A DNA stretch of 64,000 nt from an uncultured bacterium (lineage in GTDB: Bacteria > AUK180). The position numbers were made by a program, and so were the translations under genes. Below, piece by piece: positions 47,702-58,756 of this stretch (its first letter is position 1; every line of letters starts with the position of its first letter). The stretch spans positions 838-64,837 of the forward strand of contig CALMGJ010000020.1 in assembly GCA_937863565.1 (NCBI GenBank), given 5' to 3'. Below the pieces are notes generated by a model. The model was not told the DNA's origin and did no database searches. It was given only the letters and a program-made list of their open reading frames with translations.

Positions 47702-48235
47702 ATGAGTTCCGAAAAAAAACTTTATCTTTCAATCCTTTTTTCAGCGGGGCTGTTCATGGCATACATGCTGATCAACGCCTTTCTTTCGGGAAATTCCGCA
47801 AAATACATCGATGTACCTGCGGGTGAGGAAGAGATCATGGGGAAAGGGATATCCATCCTGAAAAAACAGAGGGCTTTCAAGATATTTCTCATTTCCGTCA
47901 AGGTTGAGGACGGCAAACTCGTCAGGGCGGGCATCTCGGCAGAGAGAGTGCACCAGGACATCTTCGAAGAACACCTTTTTTTCGGAGATAACAGGAGGTA
48001 TGACCTCTACTACGCGAACGGGCGTTTCACGGGCATCTCGGTGGGAGAACTGAAACACGGAACAGCGCCGGTGATCGATCCGGAGAAAGTGAACATCTCT
48101 TTTACGATCAAAAAGATATGCCGCATGTTCGAGCTTGACGAGTACGAATGCGATTTTGACCTTGAGAGAAGCCTCATTATTATAAAGACCGGCGGGCGGG
48201 TCGAGAAAATCCTATCCATTTGGGAGTACTTATGA
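47702..48235 (+). CDS. hypothetical membrane-anchored protein
   Basis: N-terminal TM; promoter TTGATT-17-TATAAT at 47665-47693. Confidence 0.65.
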   Translation: MSSEKKLYLSILFSAGLFMAYMLINAFLSGNSAKYIDVPAGEEEIMGKGISILKKQRAFKIFLISVKVEDGKLVRAGISAERVHQDIFEEHLFFGDNRRYDLYYANGRFTGISVGELKHGTAPVIDPEKVNISFTIKKICRMFELDEYECDFDLERSLIIIKTGGRVEKILSIWEYL

Positions 48236-49299
48236 AAAAATATGTCTATCTTGCATTCCTGTTCATCCTTCTTGTTCCGAGAGCGCAGGATCAATTAAAA
48301 TACCTTGGAAGTTTCGACCTCAGAGATGCCGCGGAGATCGAGAAGGCCGTGGACATGATCAGGACGGACCCGAAACTCATTCATATAGTTGCTTCCCGTA
48401 TCAGATTCGATACGCCTCCCGAAGAACTTATCCGTTTCATTTTCCTTCTTTCTTTGGAGAAGTACCCGGCCTCGTACTTTCCCGTAAAATTGATATTTGA
48501 CGCTGAACCGGACGAAGTGCTTTTCGCCGCCTGTGTTAATTATTTCGTATCGATGAATACTGATGCCTCCAAAGGATTGCTTCTTGATTATTTGAATGAA
48601 AAGGAAAAATATACGGACACATGGTACCTCAGCGCTTTTAAGCTCGTAAAAGAAGGCTTTGAACCGAATAAGATATTTCCCCTTCTTTTCATGGAAGGGT
48701 GTGACAAGTACCGTTCCGCATCAGTTCTGTGTCTTGCGCCTGACACATTTAAAAAAGACATGATCGATCTTTTCATTTCTCAAGAAGATCATTTCGAAGC
48801 ATCGGCCTATGCTCTGTATATGATAGCCACCCGTTTAACAGAAAAGGAGTTACGGACTCTCTTTGCCAAATGCAGAAGGGATCAGGGCAAATTGTTCCTG
48901 CTTTTTTCAGTTTTCGAAAAATCAGGAGAGATCGAAGCCGTGCAATTCCTTCGTAAATCGGCAAAGAAGGGGGCTTTGAAAAAGGAGGCTTCAGAAAAAC
49001 TCGGCGAGATCAAGAAGATACTGGAAGTGGATTGGGTGAAGAAAAAGATATTTAAACCTCAGGGGGACACAGCTGCCTTGAAAACGATGATAGACGGTAT
49101 CGGGACCGATCAGGAACTTTACGATTACGCGAAATTAACCGAGTTTGCCGGAGCAGGAGATATCGGAGAACTCCAGCGTTTGCAGACCCTTCTTCCGGAT
49201 ATCTTCTCATCCAAGGGCCTTAAACGCATTGATGAGATAAATAATCTCATATTCATTTTAAAAGCATCGGGCGATCTTTCCTATTTTCTGGAGTTATGA
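48232..49299 (+). CDS. hypothetical exported helical-repeat protein
   Basis: MKKY signal peptide; ATGA overlap; HEAT-like helices. Confidence 0.65.
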   Translation: MKKYVYLAFLFILLVPRAQDQLKYLGSFDLRDAAEIEKAVDMIRTDPKLIHIVASRIRFDTPPEELIRFIFLLSLEKYPASYFPVKLIFDAEPDEVLFAACVNYFVSMNTDASKGLLLDYLNEKEKYTDTWYLSAFKLVKEGFEPNKIFPLLFMEGCDKYRSASVLCLAPDTFKKDMIDLFISQEDHFEASAYALYMIATRLTEKELRTLFAKCRRDQGKLFLLFSVFEKSGEIEAVQFLRKSAKKGALKKEASEKLGEIKKILEVDWVKKKIFKPQGDTAALKTMIDGIGTDQELYDYAKLTEFAGAGDIGELQRLQTLLPDIFSSKGLKRIDEINNLIFILKASGDLSYFLEL

Positions 49300-49300
49300 T

Positions 49301-51067
49301 ATGAAGGCCGTTCTGAAACCCCTGAATACTTCCGCCGGTGACCTTGAAGGGAATGCCGCGCTGATAACGGATTGCATCAGAGAAAACCCCGGAGAGCATT
49401 TCTTCGTTTTTCCCGAGATGTGCCTCAGTTCATATCCTTCGTACGATCTGTGGCAGAACAAGGATCTTGTGCTCGCTGAACGCAATATGTTGAGCCGTAT
49501 CGCAGAACTTGCGAAAGGGAAACTGGTCATATTGGGGGCTTCGAGGATAGCTGACGACACCGAACGGAAATACAGCGATCCCACAAAGATGAAGGACTCT
49601 CCTTTTGACCTTAAAAATTGCGCCTATGTCCTCTTTAATGGCCGTGTGGCGGGATTCCAGGATAAATTCAATCTGCCCTCTTATGATATTTTTTTCGAGA
49701 ACAGGTATTTCAATCCCGGGAAGGATATCTATGTTTTCATGCTTGTTTCAAACGGCGACCGGCTTCAAAAGGTCTTAAATTTTGTTCTCGAGAACGGTAT
49801 GCTGAGGGAGCCGCATTCGAATTTCAGGATGAATAAGTGGGAAGCCGAGACGAAATATTCGAAAGGTCACAAAGTTCGATGGTTGGGGCTTTCGGTCTGT
49901 GAAGATATCTGGGTCAAGGGCAGTGTGCCGTACATACAGGGCGAATTCGGATGCGATATTTTTATCAATATTTCCGCTTCCCCTTTCTATGCCGGAAAGG
50001 CCGGGGAAAGAGAAAAACTCCTTGTCTCCTTCTCGAAGAAATACAGAGGTGAACTCCTCTATGTCAACAGAAGCGGGGCAGAGGATCATCTCCTTTTTGA
50101 CGGGGCAAGTCTGTATTTGAAAAACGGTAAAACGGCCGGCGTTTCGAGGCCGTTTCGGGATGATGCGCTGAAAACAGCAGGAAAAACCGGCAGGAAAGTA
50201 TCCGCTCATGTATTAATCCCCCGGGAAGAAGAACTATTTAACGCTCTTATAGCGGGAATAAGGAATTACTTCGTTAAAAACGGGTTCACTAAAGCGGTCA
50301 TTGGGCTCTCAGGAGGCCTGGATTCTGCAGTTGTAGCCGTTCTTGCCGCAAAGGCCCTCGGGCCGCGCAATGTAACAGGTATAATGATGCCCGGGCCATA
50401 TTCCTCGGATTCTTCCGAAAAGGATGCGCTTGAATGCGCAAAGCGGCTCGGCATCAAAAGAGAAAAGACATGCATCGGCCTGATCTACTCTTCATATATT
50501 GAAGGATTGGGCATCGAACAAGGCAAGAAGGTTTCGCTCACCGAACAGAACATTCAATCCCGGATCAGAGGCAATATTCTTATGGCCCGCGCAAATTCCC
50601 TGAACGCGCTTGTGCTTTCCACCGGGAATAAATCCGAGCTTGCTATGGGCTACTGCACACTCTACGGGGACATGGCAGGCGCGCTTTCTCCCATCGCCGA
50701 TATTTTCAAAACGGATGTTTATAAGATCGCCGGATATATAAACGCTCGGTTTGGGAGACCTATACCGGCCGAAATAATCAGGAAGGCCCCTTCAGCTGAA
50801 CTGGCACCCGGGCAAATGGATGAGGATGATCTGCCCCCCTACGCGATCCTTGACAGGATACTCGGGCTTTATCTCGAGGAAAGGCTGTCAGCTGATGAGA
50901 TCGTTAAAAAGGGATTTGAAAAGAAGACCGTAAAAAGGATCATAGATAATATCAGAAGAACGGAGTTTAAAAGAAAACAGGCCGCGGTTTCTTTGAAAGT
51001 ATCCGTAAAGGCCTTCGGCCCGGGCAGGATCATGCCCATCTCGGACAGGAGCAAAGATGAAGCTTGA
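49301..51067 (+). CDS. nadE: glutamine-dependent NAD+ synthetase
   Basis: CN-hydrolase FPEM / K.NLP / VCED; GLSGGLDS, NIQSRIRG, TGNKSE, GY.TLYGD, PSAEL. Confidence 0.96.
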   Translation: MKAVLKPLNTSAGDLEGNAALITDCIRENPGEHFFVFPEMCLSSYPSYDLWQNKDLVLAERNMLSRIAELAKGKLVILGASRIADDTERKYSDPTKMKDSPFDLKNCAYVLFNGRVAGFQDKFNLPSYDIFFENRYFNPGKDIYVFMLVSNGDRLQKVLNFVLENGMLREPHSNFRMNKWEAETKYSKGHKVRWLGLSVCEDIWVKGSVPYIQGEFGCDIFINISASPFYAGKAGEREKLLVSFSKKYRGELLYVNRSGAEDHLLFDGASLYLKNGKTAGVSRPFRDDALKTAGKTGRKVSAHVLIPREEELFNALIAGIRNYFVKNGFTKAVIGLSGGLDSAVVAVLAAKALGPRNVTGIMMPGPYSSDSSEKDALECAKRLGIKREKTCIGLIYSSYIEGLGIEQGKKVSLTEQNIQSRIRGNILMARANSLNALVLSTGNKSELAMGYCTLYGDMAGALSPIADIFKTDVYKIAGYINARFGRPIPAEIIRKAPSAELAPGQMDEDDLPPYAILDRILGLYLEERLSADEIVKKGFEKKTVKRIIDNIRRTEFKRKQAAVSLKVSVKAFGPGRIMPISDRSKDEA

Positions 51068-51740
51068 CATCGTCGAGCTTCCTGCTGCGGATATTAGAAT
51101 TGTTTTCCCTTATGATGGGATTTATATCAATGAACCTTTAAAGATAGTTTATTATAAAGATGCATACATTTCCTTTGACGGCCTTCCCTCAAAAGAGAAG
51201 CAGGTCTGTATCCGCTATGAAGGATTCGGGAAGGATGGGATCCTCGGGTTCAGGGCAAACAGATACCCTTCTATTCGTTTCAAGGATGAATATTTTTTAT
51301 TAAAGTATTCCGGGGAAACAATGAACAATGGTTTGAACCGGCTGTTCAATATTCTCGGAGAGCCTGCTTTAAAATTCAATGATCCCGAACTTCTATCTCT
51401 TTCCGGAAAGACCGATGAGTTCCTTTCATTCATTCAACCTCTCATTGCGGATTATACGCCCGGACGGAATAAGATAGAGGAATTGAATCTCCTTTTTCTG
51501 TCAGCACGGGCGAAAAACCTGGAACCTGTACCCCCTTCCCTTCAATTATCCGGGAAACAGTTCTTCGATTCCGTACGGAATTCACTTTTGACGATCACGA
51601 ATCCCGGATTGACCGGGATCCGAAGAAAAGCTGAGGCATACGGGAGAAAACTGGCAGGTAAAACCGGCGAGAAAGTGACTTTTAAAATCAAAGACGGAAG
51701 GGTGGAATTCCACATTATTCAAGATTTTAGCAATCTATAG
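51057..51740 (+). CDS. hypothetical protein
   Basis: 227-aa ORF overlapping the nadE end. Confidence 0.6.
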   Translation: MKLDIVELPAADIRIVFPYDGIYINEPLKIVYYKDAYISFDGLPSKEKQVCIRYEGFGKDGILGFRANRYPSIRFKDEYFLLKYSGETMNNGLNRLFNILGEPALKFNDPELLSLSGKTDEFLSFIQPLIADYTPGRNKIEELNLLFLSARAKNLEPVPPSLQLSGKQFFDSVRNSLLTITNPGLTGIRRKAEAYGRKLAGKTGEKVTFKIKDGRVEFHIIQDFSNL

Positions 51741-51806
51741 TCCCGGATACATCTTCCCTTTATAACTATACTTATCCTTATCTGTTATTTTTATTTAAAA
51801 AATTTC

Positions 51807-51835
51807 TTGACAAAGAAACTGTTTTTTATTATAAT
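51807..51835 (+). promoter_or_regulatory. sigma70 promoter of groESL
   Basis: TTGACA-17-TATAAT. Confidence 0.9.
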
Positions 51836-51862
51836 TTAGCAGTTAAGAGGCTAGACTGCTAA
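51836..51862 (+). promoter_or_regulatory. CIRCE element (HrcA operator), variant
   Basis: TTAGCAGTT-N9-GACTGCTAA directly after the -10, upstream of groES. Confidence 0.88.
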
Positions 51863-51877
51863 TATATGGAGGTAGAT

Positions 51878-52168
51878 ATGAATATCAAACCGTTAAGGGA
51901 CAAAGTCATTTTAAAGCCGGAGGAACCGAAGGAAAGTAAGGTCGGTTCACTCTACATCCCTGACACAGCTCAGGAGAAAAAGAATATCGGTATCGTAACG
52001 GCCATCGGACCCGGAAAAAGAGATAAGGACGGGAAACTTATACCCATGGATGTCAAAGAGAAAGACAGGGTTATCTATTCCAAGTATGCCGGAACTGAGA
52101 TCGAAATAGGTAGCGAGAAACTGATCATACTCGATCAGGACGATATTATCGGCGTTATCGAAGGTTAA
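51878..52168 (+). CDS. groES: co-chaperonin GroES
   Basis: IKPL.D.V, IPDTAQEK, G.G, SKYAGTE; GGAGG SD supports start 51878. Confidence 0.97.
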   Translation: MNIKPLRDKVILKPEEPKESKVGSLYIPDTAQEKKNIGIVTAIGPGKRDKDGKLIPMDVKEKDRVIYSKYAGTEIEIGSEKLIILDQDDIIGVIEG

Positions 52169-52172
52169 TTAG

Positions 52173-53828
<1,656 letters not shown>

Positions 53829-53860
53829 TAAGGAAAAGCAGCTTACATAGGCGCTTTACC

Positions 53861-53894
53861 GGGGGAGGGACGAAAGTTCCTCCCCCTTTTTTTT
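53861..53894 (+). terminator. intrinsic terminator after groEL
   Basis: GGGGGAGGGAC-GAAA-GTTCCTCCCCC followed by T8. Confidence 0.9.
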
Positions 53895-53940
53895 GATGTG
53901 TATAACGTAAAATCGGATAAAACAGATCCGGATAGCGGGG

Positions 53941-55740
53941 TCAATCTATTTTCAGAATATTTAAAAATGCGCTTTTGGGTACATTGATATTCCCGATCGA
54001 GCGCATCTTCTTCTTTCCTTCTTTTTGTTTTTCCAGAAGTTTTCTCTTTCTTGTGATATCGCCCCCGTAGCATTTTGCAAGCACATCCTTGCGCAGAGCT
54101 GAAACCTGCACTGACGCGATGATCTTGGATGAGATGGCCGATTGGATCTTGATCACGAAAAGGTGACGGGGTATCTCTTCCTTGAGTTTTTCGATGATCT
54201 CACGGGCTCTTCTTTCCGCTTTGCTCCTCTCGGTAAGAAAAGAGAATGCTGGAACGGGTTTGCCATTTAAGAGTATTTCCACCTTGATGATATCGGATAC
54301 TTTGTATACGGGATTCCCGTAATCCAGGGAGGAATACCCCTTTGTAGCGCTTTTCATTTTATCGAAAAAATTCGAGATGATTTCGGAAAGCGGTATGGTA
54401 AAATGCAAGATGATCCTGTTATCGCCGATATATTCGGTTTTCTGTGTTAATGTTCCCCTTTTTTCTTCAATGAGCCTGATTAGTATATCCACATAATTAA
54501 TGAAACTGATTATCGTTGCTTCAACGAAGGGTTCAAGCACTTCTTCGATCTGGGCCGGATCGGGGAACTGCTCGGTATCGTTCACCAGAAGTTCGGTCCC
54601 GTCTTTCTTCTTTACCTTGTACTGGACGCTCGGGGCGGTCAACACGGCATCTGTTTCGAATTCACGGGACAGGCGTTCGCTCACGATCTCCATATGAAGA
54701 AGACCCAGAAAACCGACTCTGAAACCGAACCCTAGGAAATTCGATGCCTCATGCTCGTAGATCAACGAGGAATCGTTCAGGACGATCTTTTCCAGAGACC
54801 TTTTTAATTTCTCATAATCCTCGTTCTGGGCAGGATACAAGCCCGCATAGACCATGGGTTTTATCTTTAGAAAACCTTGAACGGGAAGACCGTGTTCATC
54901 CCCTTTCCTGAAGACCGTATCCCCGATGAAGACCTCCTTAAGGTCCCTTATGCCGGCCACAATGTATCCGACTTCGCCTGCTTTCAGCATTTCCTTTTCG
55001 TACATACGCTCCTTGAACACGCCAAGTTCAAGTATCTCGTAAATACCCTTTGAGGAATTGAGGATGATCTTCTTTCCCTTTTCAAATTCTCCGTCAAAAA
55101 CCCTTATATGCAGTATAACGCCTCTGTATTGTTCATACTGGGCATCGAAGATCAGAGCTCTCGGAATTCCGCAGGTCGATACCGGGGGTTTTATTCTCTC
55201 TTTAATAGCTTCCAGAAGATCGGGTATATTCTGTCCTGTTTTTGCAGAGATCCTGATTATCTCCTCCGACCTGAACCCGAACGCGTCCTTCAATTCTTTC
55301 TTGACCTCCTCTACACGTGCATTGGAAAGATCGATCTTATTTATGACGGGGATGATGTCAAGACCCTGATTGAAGGCCATGAACATGTTCGAGAAGGTCT
55401 GCGCTTCAAGCCCTTGCGAAGCATCCACGAGAAGAACGGCTCCTTCGCATGCGGCGAGGCTTCTCGAAACTTCATAAGAGAAGTCGACATGGCCCGGGGT
55501 ATCTATAAGATTGTAAATGTAATTCTTACCGTCAGAAGAGAAGTAATTTAAACGAATCGGCTGGGCTTTGATCGTGATGCCGCGTTCCCTCTCGATATCC
55601 ATTTTATCAAGGAACTGCGGGCGCATTTTTCTCTGCGGGATCGACTGCGTTGACTCGATAAGGCGGTCCGCAAGGGTCGATTTCCCATGATCTATATGCG
55701 CTATTATCGAGAAGTTGCGCGTATTGTCCCCGGAGTCCAT
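53941..55740 (-). CDS. lepA: elongation factor 4
   Basis: RNFSIIAHIDHGKSTLADR, DTPGHVDF, GFLGLLHMEI, KCYGGDITRKRKLL. Confidence 0.98.
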   Translation of the reverse strand: MDSGDNTRNFSIIAHIDHGKSTLADRLIESTQSIPQRKMRPQFLDKMDIERERGITIKAQPIRLNYFSSDGKNYIYNLIDTPGHVDFSYEVSRSLAACEGAVLLVDASQGLEAQTFSNMFMAFNQGLDIIPVINKIDLSNARVEEVKKELKDAFGFRSEEIIRISAKTGQNIPDLLEAIKERIKPPVSTCGIPRALIFDAQYEQYRGVILHIRVFDGEFEKGKKIILNSSKGIYEILELGVFKERMYEKEMLKAGEVGYIVAGIRDLKEVFIGDTVFRKGDEHGLPVQGFLKIKPMVYAGLYPAQNEDYEKLKRSLEKIVLNDSSLIYEHEASNFLGFGFRVGFLGLLHMEIVSERLSREFETDAVLTAPSVQYKVKKKDGTELLVNDTEQFPDPAQIEEVLEPFVEATIISFINYVDILIRLIEEKRGTLTQKTEYIGDNRIILHFTIPLSEIISNFFDKMKSATKGYSSLDYGNPVYKVSDIIKVEILLNGKPVPAFSFLTERSKAERRAREIIEKLKEEIPRHLFVIKIQSAISSKIIASVQVSALRKDVLAKCYGGDITRKRKLLEKQKEGKKKMRSIGNINVPKSAFLNILKID

Positions 55741-57098
55741 TAAAATTTATTCATGCTGTTCAAGTATTCCTGGTTGTTCTCCGTTTTCTTCATGAAGCGG
55801 AGTATGTATTCCATCTGAGCTACGGGGTTGTCGTCTGCCAGTATCTTCCGGAGAAGTATGATCTTCGCATAATCCTCGGGACTGAGGATGAGCTCTTCCT
55901 TTCTTGTGCCGGATTTCTGAAGATTAATTGCCGGGAATATCCTTAGATCGGACAACTGCCGGTCAAGGTGGATCTCCATATTGCCGGTTCCCTTGAATTC
56001 TTCAAAGATGACCTCATCCATTCTGGAACCCGTATCGATAAGGGCTGTTGCGATGATCGTCAGGCTTCCGCCGTCCTCGGTGTTTCTTGCGGCACCGAAG
56101 AATTTCTTCGGTTCTCTTACGGCGGAGGATTCGAGACCCCCGGAGAGGACCCTCCCCGACGAGGGCTGTACGGCATTGTTCGCCCGCGCGAAGCGTGTAA
56201 GGCTGTCCATCAATATCACAACGTCTTTGCCAACTTCAACGAGTCTTTTGGCATATTTCAGGGTCATCATGGCAGCTTGAAGCTGTTGATGGGGAGCCTC
56301 ATCGAATGTAGAAGAAATAACAAGTCCGTTCACCGATCTCTGCATGTCCGTAACCTCTTCGGGTCTTTCGTCGATAAGAAGGACTATAAGATGCACTTCG
56401 GGATGATTCGCCGTGATCGAGTTGGCTATTTCCTTCAGTATAGTGGTTTTCCCCGTTCTGGGAGGCGCTACTATCATACCTCTTTGTCCTTTCCCGATAG
56501 GAGTGAAGAGATTCATGATCCTTGTTGAGAACACATTGGATTTGAATTCGAGATTGAGTTTATCTTTCGGATAAAGCGGCGTAAGATTCTCAAAAAGCGG
56601 GCGGTTCGCGATCTCGTCGAGGGTCAGATTGTTCACTTTCTGGACATTCATCATCGCCCAGTATTTTTCACCCTCGTTCTTCGGGGGTTTGATGATACCG
56701 AAAACAAAATCCCCTTCGCGAAGGAAATGCCTTTTGATGATCTGGGGAGCTACATAGATATCCTCGCTGCTCTGGATGAAATTCTCTTTAATATTCCTTA
56801 GGAAACCAAAACCCGTATTCTGGATCTGCAGGATACCTCCGCCGAGATAGAATTTCGTTCCTTTCTCGTTCAATCTTGTATCTATGATCTTCTGGATAAG
56901 CTCGTGCTTCCTGTAACTGATATATCCGTCTATCTGAAGCTGTTTCGCTATTACCTGAAGTTCTTTAACAGTTTTTTCCTGCAATTGACTCTGGTTCAGA
57001 AGTTCATCGTTATCCACTTGTTCTGCGACATCTCTTTCGTAATCCACAGGGGTATTGATGATCTCTTCGGAATCTGATTTTTTCTTTCTGCCTGCCAT
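55740..57098 (-). CDS. rho: transcription termination factor Rho
   Basis: GFGFLR, DIYV, PIGKGQR, APPRTGKT, DERPEEVTD, EEFKGTGNME. Confidence 0.98.
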   Translation of the reverse strand: MAGRKKKSDSEEIINTPVDYERDVAEQVDNDELLNQSQLQEKTVKELQVIAKQLQIDGYISYRKHELIQKIIDTRLNEKGTKFYLGGGILQIQNTGFGFLRNIKENFIQSSEDIYVAPQIIKRHFLREGDFVFGIIKPPKNEGEKYWAMMNVQKVNNLTLDEIANRPLFENLTPLYPKDKLNLEFKSNVFSTRIMNLFTPIGKGQRGMIVAPPRTGKTTILKEIANSITANHPEVHLIVLLIDERPEEVTDMQRSVNGLVISSTFDEAPHQQLQAAMMTLKYAKRLVEVGKDVVILMDSLTRFARANNAVQPSSGRVLSGGLESSAVREPKKFFGAARNTEDGGSLTIIATALIDTGSRMDEVIFEEFKGTGNMEIHLDRQLSDLRIFPAINLQKSGTRKEELILSPEDYAKIILLRKILADDNPVAQMEYILRFMKKTENNQEYLNSMNKF

Positions 57099-57109
57099 AA
57101 TATATCCTC

Positions 57110-58291
57110 CTATATTTCTATTCGGTTCTTTCCTGAACGTTTTGCCCCGTACATTTTCTTGTCCGCGGCTTCAATGAGTTCATAGGGCGTATTGCCGTCA
57201 CCGGGGAATGCCGCCAACCCGCAACTTACAGTTATCTTTCTCATAATAGAGTATTCGGTGAAATCATGTTCCTCGAATTTCCTTCTTACATTGTCCATCG
57301 TTTCATATACGCTTTCTTTGGTCTCCCCTATCGAAAGAACAAGAAATTCCTCGCCGCCGTACCGGCCTGCGATATAGCCTTGATCTATAAGATCTCTGAG
57401 AAGGGATGAGAAGACCATGAGCACTTTATCTCCAACGGGATGCCCATATGTATCGTTTACCGACTTAAAATCATCGATATCGAAAAAACTTATCGTAAGG
57501 GGGATTTTTTTCCTGACGCATCTGTTGAAGTCTTCGATCAGGTATTCGATAAGTATGCGTTTTTTGAAAAGCCCCGTTAGAAAATCCGTTTTTGAGAAAT
57601 TATCGTATTTCTGGAACAGATATATCTTCATCAGAACGATCAATGTGGTACTTATGAATATTCTCAGCTCGTCCTTGATCGCATCCTTAGAACTCAAATG
57701 GAAATAAAGGGTCAAAGTGATATTGCTCCTCTCCATCTTCTTCCCGTAATAACCTTTCCCGATCTCTCCGCATTCATCCGGGATGTCGCTCAATCCGAAT
57801 TTTTTTTCTACATCCTTCCTTACATGGAATATCTCTTCATTTCCCTCATAACCGGATATCCCCATCGCATCAACGGCGAACATCTGCTTAAAATAATCGA
57901 AGATCGTCTCGGAGATAGTCTGGAAATTGTTCTCGTAGCCTATCTTCTCGTACATATCGAGGATCTGGAAATAAAACTCTTCGAGGATCCTGAAATCCTC
58001 CATCTTGGACATGAGCTCCTTTTCCTCATATTCAAGGTTTTTAAGTTCATATTTTATCTGTTCTATCTTCCTTGCTATCCGTTCTCTTCTCAAGATCGCA
58101 TACCTGTCCATGAAAATGACCAGAACAGCGCTCAGAATGCCGAAGAAACAGAACGGTTGTCGCATCCCCGCAATAACAGCAGCTGCTGCCGATAAGATTA
58201 TCAGGATGAAGAAGAGCGACTTTTTACTCTTTGATGTTATGAAGTAAATCAAGTAAGGTACTAGTACAAATATTAATGGGATCACAAACAA
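57110..58291 (-). CDS. membrane-anchored diguanylate cyclase (GGDEF)
   Basis: N-terminal TMs, coiled coil, D.LTGL, DIDDFKSVND.YGH..GD, GRYGGEEF, AD..MY.AK..GKN; TTG start uncertain. Confidence 0.9.
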   Translation of the reverse strand: MFVIPLIFVLVPYLIYFITSKSKKSLFFILIILSAAAAVIAGMRQPFCFFGILSAVLVIFMDRYAILRRERIARKIEQIKYELKNLEYEEKELMSKMEDFRILEEFYFQILDMYEKIGYENNFQTISETIFDYFKQMFAVDAMGISGYEGNEEIFHVRKDVEKKFGLSDIPDECGEIGKGYYGKKMERSNITLTLYFHLSSKDAIKDELRIFISTTLIVLMKIYLFQKYDNFSKTDFLTGLFKKRILIEYLIEDFNRCVRKKIPLTISFFDIDDFKSVNDTYGHPVGDKVLMVFSSLLRDLIDQGYIAGRYGGEEFLVLSIGETKESVYETMDNVRRKFEEHDFTEYSIMRKITVSCGLAAFPGDGNTPYELIEAADKKMYGAKRSGKNRIEI

Positions 58292-58298
58292 ATTAAAC

Positions 58299-58510
58299 GC
58301 CGGATCAGTTAATGTTCCTGTCGCTCTGATCGGCTATCCGCGCATACGTGGATCAGAGAGATTTAGCGGTCACGAATAAACTTTCGCTTCGCTTACCGTT
58401 TTCGCGACCCCGCCTCGCCTGTCGAGTCAATGTTCCATTGACTTTGGACATGGCTCCGGCTTTCGAATCTGCCGGGACACACCTTAAGAAAGGAATGTCC
58501 CGAATCCGGA
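58299..58510 (-). ncRNA. candidate structured ncRNA (multi-hairpin with closing stem), family unassigned
   Basis: Closing stem 58500-58509/58300-58308 encloses hairpins at 58474-58501, 58456-58475, 58425-58443, 58368-58409 and 58324-58358. Confidence 0.6.
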
Positions 58511-58566
58511 AGCAGTTCATGTTTCTGCCTCTCTTCTAACCCTTAGCCTCCAGCCTCTCTATTATC

Positions 58567-58657
58567 TGGCGGAGAGGCAGGGATTCGAACCCTGGGTTCG
58601 ATTAACTCGAACAACTGCTTAGCAGGCAGCTCCCTTCGGCCTCTCGGGCACCTCTCC
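58567..58657 (-). tRNA. tRNA-Ser(GCT)
   Basis: GGAGAGG/CCTCTCC acceptor plus GCCA, CTGC-CTGCTAA-GCAG anticodon arm, long variable arm, GGTTCGAATCC. Confidence 0.97.
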
Positions 58658-58722
58658 CCTGAGATTTGTCAAAGAAACTTATTCGGCTTGTTAAAAACTG
58701 AAATCATTTATTCTTGTCAGTG

Positions 58723-58751
58723 ATTATAATGTATTTAAAATAAAAAATCAA
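58723..58751 (-). promoter_or_regulatory. sigma70 promoter for tRNA-Ser (and possibly the downstream RNA)
   Basis: TTGATT-17-TATAAT on the minus strand. Confidence 0.7.
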
Positions 58752-58756
58752 GTATT

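Noticed and set aside
49735..49880. About 40-aa insertion in the NadE glutaminase domain as a possible intein
   Set aside because: Too short and lacks C/S...HN splice motifs; probably a surface loop
58440..58480. Canonical c-di-GMP-I riboswitch upstream of the GGDEF gene
   Set aside because: A GAAA loop is present, but the GGCAAAC...GACGCAAAGC P1/P2 consensus is not
58348..58539. 63-aa plus-strand ORF; also SRP RNA (CCGGAAGCAG at about 58506)
   Set aside because: The ORF has no SD and lies antisense in a hairpin-rich region; the SRP helix-8 pattern (CAGG..CGGAAG.AGCAG) is incomplete
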